From NCBI GenBank assembly GCA_030550395.1, contig JAUQPL010000004.1:125839-189838 (forward strand): a stretch of 64,000 nucleotides of DNA, written 5' to 3'. Positions 20,108 through 28,469 of the stretch are shown here, in pieces. Position 1 is the first letter of the stretch; every line of letters begins with the position of its first letter. The notes beneath the pieces are model-generated. The model worked only from the letters and a program-made list of their open reading frames with translations, ran no database searches and was not told where the DNA came from. The position numbers were made by a program, and so were the translations under genes. This DNA comes from Bacteroidota bacterium. Its GTDB lineage: Bacteria > Bacteroidota > Ignavibacteria > Kapaibacteriales > HRBIN21.

Positions 20108-21688
20108 TCAGTAACCTAATCGGAGTTCCAAAAGAAGCCATACCTGGCGGAGCGGGTTGTTCCCACCAGTGCGATTGCTGTAATCCAAGGTCAGGAAGCT
20201 CATAACATTGGGGAGCCACTCTGCTTCCAGTTGAAGGCGGAGGTGGCGCTGTATGCTCCGACGTCCCCGGAGGAAGCGATTGGGAGCGAGCATGTCACCA
20301 TCCCCACGGAGGATATCCCCTCCGACGTTGCCGATGGGGATAATGGTTCCATTGCGCTCTTCGGTCAAGAGCTTCCCATCGGGACCGAGCAGATTTTCCC
20401 CATGCCGAGTGTAGTCTGCACTAAGGGTAAGGGCAATCCGTGGGGCAAGCCAGTACCGGAGCTGCAGTGCCCAACGGTCGCTGTTCGGCTGCATTGGGTA
20501 ACCCAAGGGGGTATTGAGGTGAGTCCATGAATTGACAATTGTGCGGTGGGAGAAAACAAAAGGACCCAACCGAACATACTCGGCCGTGAGCTGGAGTCCA
20601 TCACCGATGGGGATCAACCCGGTTGCGCCGAGCTGGAAGGCAAATTTGTTCGTGTTGCCCGCAACAGTGGTGTCGAAGAGCGTTGAGTAGTTGAGGTCGT
20701 CGACGGCCAGCGTTCCATATAGTAGCAGTCCCCGCTGGGGGCGTAGGGCTATCTCTACTGCCAAGAGCGAATTGTCCGTGTTGCTCCGTTCAGCTGTCTG
20801 CAGCCCAGCGGAAACAAAGAAGGCAAGGGGATTCAGGTAACTGAAGTCCAGTCCGCGACCGGAGTAGACAATCATGTCATAGAGTGCCACGGCAAATCCA
20901 GCAGATGGTTCCCAACCGAGGCGATGGAGGGCGATAAATTTAGAGGAGACGGGCACGTTTGCCGTATCTGTTCCCTCGGCTGCGGCATGGAGGTAGGTGA
21001 AGCGGAATGCCTTATGGGGAAGGTCCACCAATAGAGCGTCCATCATCGGGGCTTGGAGGGAGAGCAATAGGTTGTCAATGGGACTATAGCCAAAGGTGAG
21101 CGCCTCTCGTCCAAAGCGGAGTCGTGCCTGATTCCACCGAAGCTGGAGGTACCCTGCGTAGCGGTCGAAGTAGCGTCGTGCTTCAATAGACAGCTTCAGG
21201 GTTCGCCCTAAGCTTGGGTCAGTCTGAATAGCGGCTTCTGGAGTTCCGGCAAACCGGATTCCGTTGGAAATATCAACGAAGCCTTCAATGGAGGCGCCGT
21301 AGCGGAACAGAGCTTGGAAGCCGAGGCGCCCCAAAAGGAGGGTGGAGCTGGTATCCCTGGAGCGGAGATACCCGCTCCGATTCATAAGGCTCCCGTTTAC
21401 GATGAGTCGGAAGAGAGTGTCGGCGCTGGACAAAAGGAATCGGTACCTTCCGAAGCGGGGGAAAAGGGAAGTTCCGCTGTCCGGCGCCAGAAAAGGGGGC
21501 GCGGTGGGAGGGTGCTCTTCTGGTGGGAGGACAGCTGGAAGTTCTGCAAGGGGGATTGGCCAGAGTACGTACCGTTGGAGCGAGACGGTGTCTGCTGTCA
21601 AGATGTGACGTAAGGCACGCTGGCGGGTCCATGGGTCAGAGAGCGGGTCAACATTTTGAGCTGTTGCGACGTATACCAAAAGAGGCAT
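20108..21688 (-). CDS. Hypothetical outer-membrane beta-barrel protein (possibly capsule-assembly Wzi-like)
   Basis: A signal peptide, alternating aromatic/Gly beta-strand-like composition and a C-terminal aromatic residue. The Wzi assignment is an inference from EPS-locus context only. Confidence 0.4.
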   Translation of the reverse strand: MPLLVYVATAQNVDPLSDPWTRQRALRHILTADTVSLQRYVLWPIPLAELPAVLPPEEHPPTAPPFLAPDSGTSLFPRFGRYRFLLSSADTLFRLIVNGSLMNRSGYLRSRDTSSTLLLGRLGFQALFRYGASIEGFVDISNGIRFAGTPEAAIQTDPSLGRTLKLSIEARRYFDRYAGYLQLRWNQARLRFGREALTFGYSPIDNLLLSLQAPMMDALLVDLPHKAFRFTYLHAAAEGTDTANVPVSSKFIALHRLGWEPSAGFAVALYDMIVYSGRGLDFSYLNPLAFFVSAGLQTAERSNTDNSLLAVEIALRPQRGLLLYGTLAVDDLNYSTLFDTTVAGNTNKFAFQLGATGLIPIGDGLQLTAEYVRLGPFVFSHRTIVNSWTHLNTPLGYPMQPNSDRWALQLRYWLAPRIALTLSADYTRHGENLLGPDGKLLTEERNGTIIPIGNVGGDILRGDGDMLAPNRFLRGRRSIQRHLRLQLEAEWLPNVMSFLTLDYSNRTGGNNPLRQVWLLLELRLGY

Positions 21689-21714
21689 TCCCCACCACAG
21701 TTGGATGGATTGCC

Positions 21715-22758
21715 TTACCATTCCAAAAGGGGGGCGGCGGGGCATGTGACATACTCGCTCGGCAGAGCAACACTCTGTCCGCCATTTGCCAACGAGAGTT
21801 GGGCCGCTTCTAAGAGAGCAACGACGGCTCGTCCGAAGAATCCGTCGCTGATAGGACGTTGTCCTGTTCGAATGCAGGTGATGAAATGCTGAACAACTCG
21901 GCTGAGGGCTTCTTGATTCGGCAAGGGGGGTGCGTACATTTGTCCTGCGCGATATTGCACACGGAGCTTTTCTTCTCCCTCTTTGGAGGTGATCTCAACT
22001 CCGCGGTCGTAGACTCGCACCTTCTCGCTGGTTTCCATGTCGTCGTAGATGACCATTCGCCGGGAGCCGCCGATACAGATCGTTCGGAGCTTAACGGGGG
22101 AGAGCCAATTGACGTGGAAGTGTGCCAGGAAGGGCGTTTCGTAGTGGACGGTCACGTATGCAAGGTTTTCTAACTCGTAGTAGTGTCGGGCTCCTACAGC
22201 GGAGACGGCGACAGGGGCTGCTTCAATGAGATAGAGCAAAATCGCAGCATCGTGCGAGGCAAGGTCCCAGACGACATTGACGTCGGGCTGGAAAAGCCCC
22301 AGATTGGCTCGTACGGAGTCAAAGTACAACGGTTCCCCTAATTCACCGTAGACGAGAAGTTCCTTGAGCTTTTGCACTGCGTCGGTGAACAGGAAGGTAT
22401 GGTCAACCATTAAGATCCGTCCGGCGGACTCTGCCAGGGCGAGGAGCTCAGATGCTTCCATTGCGCGCCGGGTGAGGGGTTTCTCTACCAAGACGTGTTT
22501 TCCCCGTTTCAGGGCGCAGGAAGCTAGCTCGTAGTGGAGGGCCACCGGGGTTGCGATGGCGATGGCATTGATGGCTGGATCGTTGAGCACAGTGGAGGGG
22601 CTAGAGGTTGTCCGCACCCAGCGGAAGCGCTGTCGAACAGCCTCCAGACGGGTTTCGTCTGGATCGCATGCAATTACGGCTTCTACCTCAGGATTCTGCA
22701 GGAAATTTCGGATAAGGTTCGGTCCCCAGTATCCACATCCGAGAACAGCAACAACCAT
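21715..22758 (-). CDS. Gfo/Idh/MocA family NAD(P)-dependent oxidoreductase (sugar dehydrogenase-like)
   Basis: An N-terminal Rossmann fold (VAVLGCGYWGPNLIRNF), EKP motif and family architecture. The start was refined to MVVAVLG, 2 nt after the upstream stop. Confidence 0.8.
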   Translation of the reverse strand: MVVAVLGCGYWGPNLIRNFLQNPEVEAVIACDPDETRLEAVRQRFRWVRTTSSPSTVLNDPAINAIAIATPVALHYELASCALKRGKHVLVEKPLTRRAMEASELLALAESAGRILMVDHTFLFTDAVQKLKELLVYGELGEPLYFDSVRANLGLFQPDVNVVWDLASHDAAILLYLIEAAPVAVSAVGARHYYELENLAYVTVHYETPFLAHFHVNWLSPVKLRTICIGGSRRMVIYDDMETSEKVRVYDRGVEITSKEGEEKLRVQYRAGQMYAPPLPNQEALSRVVQHFITCIRTGQRPISDGFFGRAVVALLEAAQLSLANGGQSVALPSEYVTCPAAPLLEW

Positions 22759-22760
22759 GG

Positions 22761-24269
22761 TTACCGGTTCTGTCCACGCAGCATGTACGGTATGGTCTTC
22801 AGGAGGACGTAGAGGTCTAACCAAGGAGAGACGTTCCGAACGTAGTAAATGTCCAGAAGCAGCATTTGAGCGAACGTATGGGAGCGATCCGAGATTTGCC
22901 ATAGCCCTGTGCAGCCAGGAGCGATTTGATGGCGCCACCGTTGCCACTCAGGGAAGTGGTCTGCTTCTTCAGGTAGGAGCGGGCGCGGTCCTACCAGGCT
23001 CATTTCTCCTTTCAAGACATTCCAGAGTTGCGGGAGTTCATCCAGGCTCCATCGGCGGAGCCATCGTCCAATGCGTGTTAGGCGGCGCTGAGGGACAATC
23101 TTCCGCAGAGGTTTGTTGGTCGTGATATGCTCGCGAATGCTGGCCTTCCACTCGTGGTAGGCTTCGTCACCGGTGTGCATTGTGCGGAACTTGTACATCC
23201 AGAAACGCCTACCGTGACGTCCAATGCGCTGCTGCCGGTGTAAGACGGGTCCTGGCGAGTCTAACTTGATAGCAATGGCAATTGCAACAAAGAAGGGGAC
23301 AAGCAGCAGGAGGGATACCACTGCCAATATGAAATCCATCCCGCGTTTCAGGAACAGGAGCAGCTGGCGAGACTCTACCTCGGTGAGGCTAAGGAGCGGG
23401 ATTCCTCCGATGTCGTCCAACAGGCGTTCGGGAAGAAGAGTGGGGTAGAGTTCTGCTACAATGGAGACAGTTGCACCTGTCTGCGTCCATGCTCGGGCCG
23501 ATGTGAGTATTGCTTCTGGCGAAAGGGTGGGATCGGCATAGATGACGTGTTTGATGCCTGCCGTTGTAGTGGTCGGAGCCTGCCATGAGCCTAAGACCCG
23601 ATAACCGTTCAGTACTGGTGTTCCCATGGGGAGAGTGTCGGCAAGGAAGCCAATCAGTTTGCAGTCGTGTCCGTTATCGGCCAGGAGACGTTCGGCAACG
23701 TACTGTGCTAACGCTGTAGTTCCAGCAATGGCTGTTGGACGTTGGAAACGGTCGGTGCGGAGGAGGGAACGATGCAAGAAATAGAAGATGCCGAGGCGCC
23801 ATATACCCAGAAGGAATGTGCCTGCAACGAAGGTCGCTCCGGTAATGAGCCGGCTATCCAGCCAATGAGGCGGACGCAGGAAGAAGGAGATGACAGCGAA
23901 GCCGATGAGGGCATAAAAAGTGGACCGTAGCAATAGGACTGTATGCCGGGGGAGCGAACGGAGTGAGCGCAGCTTGTACAAACCGTGGTGTTGCAGAATG
24001 AGAATCCATGCGATTCCGAATCCGGCGAAGGCAAGCCACGAACCCCACTGTTGCAGTACGATCCAAGCATCTGGACGCCCGAATCCATATGCCAATGCAG
24101 CGGTGGCGATTCCATAGCCCGATAGGACACAACAGTAATCGCCCGCAACCAGGAGCAGCTTGTAAGCAGGGTAACGTGGTAAAAGTCGCATGCTTTCCTC
24201 CCTTATTGGGTACCTAGCATTCGTTGCCGTACGATTTCCACGCTGCCCCCACCGCTCCCTGACACCCAA
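22761..24269 (-). CDS. Exopolysaccharide polyprenyl-phosphate sugar phosphotransferase (WbaP/CpsE-like 'sugar transferase')
   Basis: An N-terminal multi-TM region plus the C-terminal bacterial sugar transferase domain (..[17 protein letters not shown]). The start may be MRLLPRYP at 24191. Confidence 0.8.
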   Translation of the reverse strand: MGVRERWGQRGNRTATNARYPIREESMRLLPRYPAYKLLLVAGDYCCVLSGYGIATAALAYGFGRPDAWIVLQQWGSWLAFAGFGIAWILILQHHGLYKLRSLRSLPRHTVLLLRSTFYALIGFAVISFFLRPPHWLDSRLITGATFVAGTFLLGIWRLGIFYFLHRSLLRTDRFQRPTAIAGTTALAQYVAERLLADNGHDCKLIGFLADTLPMGTPVLNGYRVLGSWQAPTTTTAGIKHVIYADPTLSPEAILTSARAWTQTGATVSIVAELYPTLLPERLLDDIGGIPLLSLTEVESRQLLLFLKRGMDFILAVVSLLLLVPFFVAIAIAIKLDSPGPVLHRQQRIGRHGRRFWMYKFRTMHTGDEAYHEWKASIREHITTNKPLRKIVPQRRLTRIGRWLRRWSLDELPQLWNVLKGEMSLVGPRPLLPEEADHFPEWQRWRHQIAPGCTGLWQISDRSHTFAQMLLLDIYYVRNVSPWLDLYVLLKTIPYMLRGQNR

Positions 24270-24368
24270 GCAAACTGCAAATTATGGAACGGCAACTACA
24301 TGGAAAGCGTTTAGAATACCGCCGGTCGAGGTCGGAACAAGCGACCAAGGACTCGGCAAGGGATTTTG

Positions 24369-24376
24369 TAAGTTTG
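24369..24376 (+). promoter_or_regulatory. Candidate Bacteroidetes-type sigma-A -7 element TAAGTTTG upstream of the ferredoxin gene
   Basis: An exact TAnnTTTG 34 nt upstream of the ATG, within a GC-rich intergenic region. Confidence 0.4.
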
Positions 24377-24409
24377 CAGCGTCTGTTGTAGGTTGAGCTT
24401 AGGTAAGCA

Positions 24410-24757
24410 ATGGCACTCTACATCACAAGTGATTGCATTAACTGTGGTGCATGCGAACCCGAATGCCCAAATACAGCAATCTACGAGCCAGGCTCGGAGT
24501 GGACACTGGGGGGACAAACCTATCGGGGGTCCTATTCCCCTGGTGGATACAAGCGGGATTTTTGGTCGGAGGAGTATTACTTCATCGTTCCGGACAAGTG
24601 CACAGAGTGTGTAGGCTTTTATGACGAGCCTCAGTGCGCGGCGGTCTGTCCCGTTGACTGTTGCCTGCCGGATCCATTAGCACCGGAGACCCGGGAGCAG
24701 TTGGAGGCGAAGAAGGCGTATTTGGATCAGATTGACCCCGGACGGGTGCGGGTCTAA
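24410..24757 (+). CDS. 2x[4Fe-4S] ferredoxin
   Basis: [12 protein letters not shown] and [18 protein letters not shown] cluster motifs. Confidence 0.8.
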   Translation: MALYITSDCINCGACEPECPNTAIYEPGSEWTLGGQTYRGSYSPGGYKRDFWSEEYYFIVPDKCTECVGFYDEPQCAAVCPVDCCLPDPLAPETREQLEAKKAYLDQIDPGRVRV

Positions 24758-24771
24758 GTTGCTGAGGGGTC

Positions 24772-26316
24772 ATGCAGGCCCAGCAGATTTGGCTTCGCAT
24801 TCGGGGGGGGCGTCTGCGGGAGGTTTTCCCACACGACGGAGAGGTAGTTGTTGAGACGGAGGAACGTATAGAACGGTACCCCGGCTGTTGGGCTTTTCCG
24901 GGGTTTGTGGATGCTCATGGACACGTGGTCTTCTATGGGCTGGAGTTGGGGCAGCCCTCCTTGCGTTCATGCCGGAGTGCCGAGGAATGTGTGGAAGTCC
25001 TTCGCTCCTGGGCGCCGAACCGAGGGGAGTGGCTGCTTGGAGGAGGCTGGGACCAAGAGGCCTGGACTTCGGCGGAATTTCCCTCAGCGGAGCTCTTGGA
25101 CGCTGTGTTTCCTGATATCCCTGTTGCGCTGCGTCGGACGGATGGACATGCCCTTTGGGTCAATTCAGAAGCCTTGCGCCGAGCCCATATCCAGGATGAT
25201 ACCCCCGATCCACCGAGTGGACTTATTGTCCGCACGGCAACAGGCAAGCCGACGGGTGTCCTCATTGATGCAGCAGCGGAGTTAGTCCTTCGCTGTATTC
25301 CTGCCCCAAGTTCTGAGGAAATCCGGCAGGCGATTCGGCGGGCTACTGCTCAGTTGCTTCGCTTCGGTATTACGGAAGTTCACGACATGGACGTGGATCC
25401 TTGCTGGGTTCCTGTCTTTGAAGAGCTTGCACGGGCGGGGCAACTTCCTCTCCGAATTCAGAGTTACGTCCGGGCTCAGCATGGGGAGTGGGACGTAGCC
25501 GGACTACTTCCAACGACGGGTGAATTCTTTCAGCTCCGGGGGGTCAAGTTTTATGCTGATGGTGCTTTGGGTTCGTACGGGGCAGCTCTCTTGGAGCCGT
25601 ATAGTGACAAGGTTGGACATCAAGGGTTTCTCTTCTTCAACGCCGAGACCTTGAAGGAGGCTATTCTAGCGGCTTTAGAAGTAGGTTGGCACATCGCCGT
25701 GCACGCCATTGGCGATGCCGCGAACCGGCAAGTTGCGCAAGTATTCCACGCCTTACGGCTACGGGGTATTGATACGACTGAGCAACGGTTGCGCGTAGAA
25801 CATACGCAGATTGTGCATCCGGATGACATTCCCATCTTAGCGGAGGCGGGCTGTGTTGCCTCCGTTCAGCCCCTCCATTGTGTCCATGATGCTCCGATGG
25901 CGCGTCGGAGGCTTGGAAATCAGCGCAGGAGTATTCCCTATCCGTGGCGGAGTCTCCTGGCAGCGGGTGTGCCGATAGCCGCAGGTTCGGATTTTCCCAT
26001 TGAGCCTCCGAATGTCCTTGCAGGAGTTGCTGCTTTTTGCCTCCGCCGCCCCTTCGGGGAGGTGGCCCCGTGGATTCCCGAGGAGTCTCTGGAGTTGGAA
26101 GAGGCGTTTGCGGCGTATACAAACTGGGCGCATTATGCCGCAGCCGTGGATGACCGCCGTGGGCTTCTGCTGCCGGGGTATGATGCCGATGTAGTCATTG
26201 TAGACCGGAATCCAGGTGCATGTTTGCCGGAAGAGGTTTCCAATGTGAGAATTGTTGCCGTCTACGTTGCAGGGGTGAGGCGATGGAGTACAGAGGATAC
26301 AAGAGTGCCTGCATGA
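24772..26316 (+). CDS. Amidohydrolase family protein (Amidohydro_3/YtcJ-like metal-dependent hydrolase)
   Basis: An N-terminal GFVDAHGH metal-binding motif and length typical of the family. Confidence 0.75.
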   Translation: MQAQQIWLRIRGGRLREVFPHDGEVVVETEERIERYPGCWAFPGFVDAHGHVVFYGLELGQPSLRSCRSAEECVEVLRSWAPNRGEWLLGGGWDQEAWTSAEFPSAELLDAVFPDIPVALRRTDGHALWVNSEALRRAHIQDDTPDPPSGLIVRTATGKPTGVLIDAAAELVLRCIPAPSSEEIRQAIRRATAQLLRFGITEVHDMDVDPCWVPVFEELARAGQLPLRIQSYVRAQHGEWDVAGLLPTTGEFFQLRGVKFYADGALGSYGAALLEPYSDKVGHQGFLFFNAETLKEAILAALEVGWHIAVHAIGDAANRQVAQVFHALRLRGIDTTEQRLRVEHTQIVHPDDIPILAEAGCVASVQPLHCVHDAPMARRRLGNQRRSIPYPWRSLLAAGVPIAAGSDFPIEPPNVLAGVAAFCLRRPFGEVAPWIPEESLELEEAFAAYTNWAHYAAAVDDRRGLLLPGYDADVVIVDRNPGACLPEEVSNVRIVAVYVAGVRRWSTEDTRVPA

Positions 26317-26324
26317 GGGTTGTG

Positions 26325-26332
26325 TAAATTTG
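26325..26332 (+). promoter_or_regulatory. Candidate -7 element TAAATTTG upstream of kbl
   Basis: An exact TAnnTTTG 40 nt upstream of the ATG. Confidence 0.4.
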
Positions 26333-26372
26333 TAACCATCTTGATTAGCCTTGAGCAGAGGGAAGGGTCCCG

Positions 26373-27587
26373 ATGTACGATGCAGCATTCCGAGAATATC
26401 TGCAACAAGAGTTAGCCTCTATCCGCAAGGCAGGCTTGTATAAGGAGGAGCGGGAGATCCTGGGTCCGCAGGGACCTGTTGTTTCAGTCCGACTTCCCGA
26501 TGGGCGAGTGCGGGAGCTATTGAACTTTTGCGCCAATAACTACCTGGGTCTGTCGGCAGATCCGCGCATCATTGAGGCGGCAAAGCGAACGATGGACACC
26601 CATGGCTTCGGGATGTCCAGTGTCCGCTTCATCTGTGGAACGCAGGATCTGCACAAAGAGTTGGAGCGGAAAATTGCAGAGTTCTGCGGTACGGAGGATA
26701 CCCTCCTCTACGCTGCTTGCTTTGATGCTAATGGAGGGCTTTTTGAGCCTTTCTTCACTGAGCAGGATGCTATCATTTCTGATGAGCTTAACCACGCCTC
26801 TATCATTGACGGTATTCGGCTCACGAAGGCGAGGCGCTATCGGTATAAGAACTGCGATATGGCAGACTTGGAGGCGAAACTTCAGCAAGCCGATGCGGAA
26901 GGTGCCCGCTTCAAGATTATCGCAACGGATGCAGTGTTCTCTATGGATGGCAATATGGCACCTTTGGACCAAATCTGTGACCTCGCCGAGCGCTATCGGG
27001 CGCTGGTTATGGTGGATGAGAGCCACTCGCTGGGCTTTGTAGGGAAGACGGGGCGTGGAGTTACAGAATATTTCGGTGTCATTGGCAGGGTGGACATCAT
27101 TACGGGTACTCTGGGGAAAGCGTTGGGGGGTGGCATAGGAGGCTTTACGACGGGACGACGGGAAATTATTGAGATGCTGCGGCAGCGTTCGCGTCCATAT
27201 CTGTTCAGCAATTCGTTGCCGCCGATGGTAGTCGGGGCTGCTATCGCTGTCTTTGACCTCCTGTCGGAGACAACGGAGCTCCGGGACCGGTTGGAGTGGA
27301 ACACGCGGTATTTCCGCCAGAAAATGGTGGCTGCCGGTTTTGACATCAAGCCAGGGGATCATCCCATTGTTCCGATTATGCTTTACGATGCCGTCTTGGC
27401 CCATCGGTTTGCCCATCGGATGCTGGAGGAGGGAATCTATGTGGTTGGCTTCTCCTATCCAGTCGTCCCACGAGGGCAGGCGCGCATTCGAGTGCAGATT
27501 TCGGCTGCTCACAGCCAAGAGCACTTGGAGCGTGCCGTGGAGGCTTTTGTGAAGGTTGGACGGGAGTTGGGTGTTCTCAAGGACTGA
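26373..27587 (+). CDS. kbl: Glycine C-acetyltransferase (2-amino-3-ketobutyrate CoA ligase)
   Basis: Class-II PLP aminotransferase with KBL signature regions (NFCANNYLGL; SDELNHASIIDG; the TLGKALGG region, which I take to include the PLP-lysine, inferred from the family). Confidence 0.85.
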   Translation: MYDAAFREYLQQELASIRKAGLYKEEREILGPQGPVVSVRLPDGRVRELLNFCANNYLGLSADPRIIEAAKRTMDTHGFGMSSVRFICGTQDLHKELERKIAEFCGTEDTLLYAACFDANGGLFEPFFTEQDAIISDELNHASIIDGIRLTKARRYRYKNCDMADLEAKLQQADAEGARFKIIATDAVFSMDGNMAPLDQICDLAERYRALVMVDESHSLGFVGKTGRGVTEYFGVIGRVDIITGTLGKALGGGIGGFTTGRREIIEMLRQRSRPYLFSNSLPPMVVGAAIAVFDLLSETTELRDRLEWNTRYFRQKMVAAGFDIKPGDHPIVPIMLYDAVLAHRFAHRMLEEGIYVVGFSYPVVPRGQARIRVQISAAHSQEHLERAVEAFVKVGRELGVLKD

Positions 27588-27592
27588 GCCTA

Positions 27593-28444
27593 ATGGAGAG
27601 TATTGGGATTTGCGGGGCCGGGACTATGGGGCGTGGGATAGCTATCGCTTGCCTGCAAGCGGGCTATCGCGTCCTGTTGTACGACATCCGTTCTGACATC
27701 CTACGGCAGGCAGAAGCCGTCATTAGTGAACAGTTGCAGAAAGCGGAGGTAAAAGGGAAGCTCCCCGCGCCAGCCAGTGAGCTTCGGCAGCAGTTGGTTT
27801 TGGTACCAATCCTGGCAGAGCTTATCCCATGCGATATCATCATTGAGGCGATCGTGGAGAATCGGTCAGCAAAACAGGAGCTCTTCCGAGCGCTGGAATC
27901 ATTGGGAGTTGCCCCAGAGACTATCATTGCCACGAACACCTCTTCTATCTCTATTACGGCTCTGGCTTCTGTCCTGCATCACCCGGAACGCTGTATTGGT
28001 CTGCATTTCTTCAATCCAGCCCATGTGATGCGCTTGGTAGAGGTAGTCCGTGGAGCGCGGACGTCGGAAGAGACCCTTCAACGAGCGCTCAACTTCGTCG
28101 AACGGCTGGGGAAGACGCCGGTTGTGGTGCGGGATATCCCGGGCTTTATTGTCAACCGGGTGGTCCGTAATTACTACAACGAGGCACTCCGCATGGTTGC
28201 CGAAGGGATGGCAACGGTGCAGCAGATTGACTGCCTTCTGCGGAGTGCGGGGTTCCCGATGGGACCTTTTGAGTTGATGGACCTCATCGGAGTAGACGTC
28301 AATCTGGAAGTGACGCGCTCTATCTATGAACAGCATTTCCATGAGCCGCGTTTTGCCCCATCTCTGCTGCAGCAGCAGTATGTAGATGCGGGGCTGCTGG
28401 GGCGGAAGGTGGGGCGTGGCTTCTACCCGTATGAGAGCAAGTGA
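27593..28444 (+). CDS. 3-hydroxyacyl-CoA / 3-hydroxybutyryl-CoA dehydrogenase
   Basis: An N-terminal NAD-binding region (IGICGAGTMGRGIA) and a 3HCDH C-terminal domain. Confidence 0.85.
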   Translation: MESIGICGAGTMGRGIAIACLQAGYRVLLYDIRSDILRQAEAVISEQLQKAEVKGKLPAPASELRQQLVLVPILAELIPCDIIIEAIVENRSAKQELFRALESLGVAPETIIATNTSSISITALASVLHHPERCIGLHFFNPAHVMRLVEVVRGARTSEETLQRALNFVERLGKTPVVVRDIPGFIVNRVVRNYYNEALRMVAEGMATVQQIDCLLRSAGFPMGPFELMDLIGVDVNLEVTRSIYEQHFHEPRFAPSLLQQQYVDAGLLGRKVGRGFYPYESK

Positions 28445-28469
28445 TGTCTTACAATCGAGGATAGGAGCA

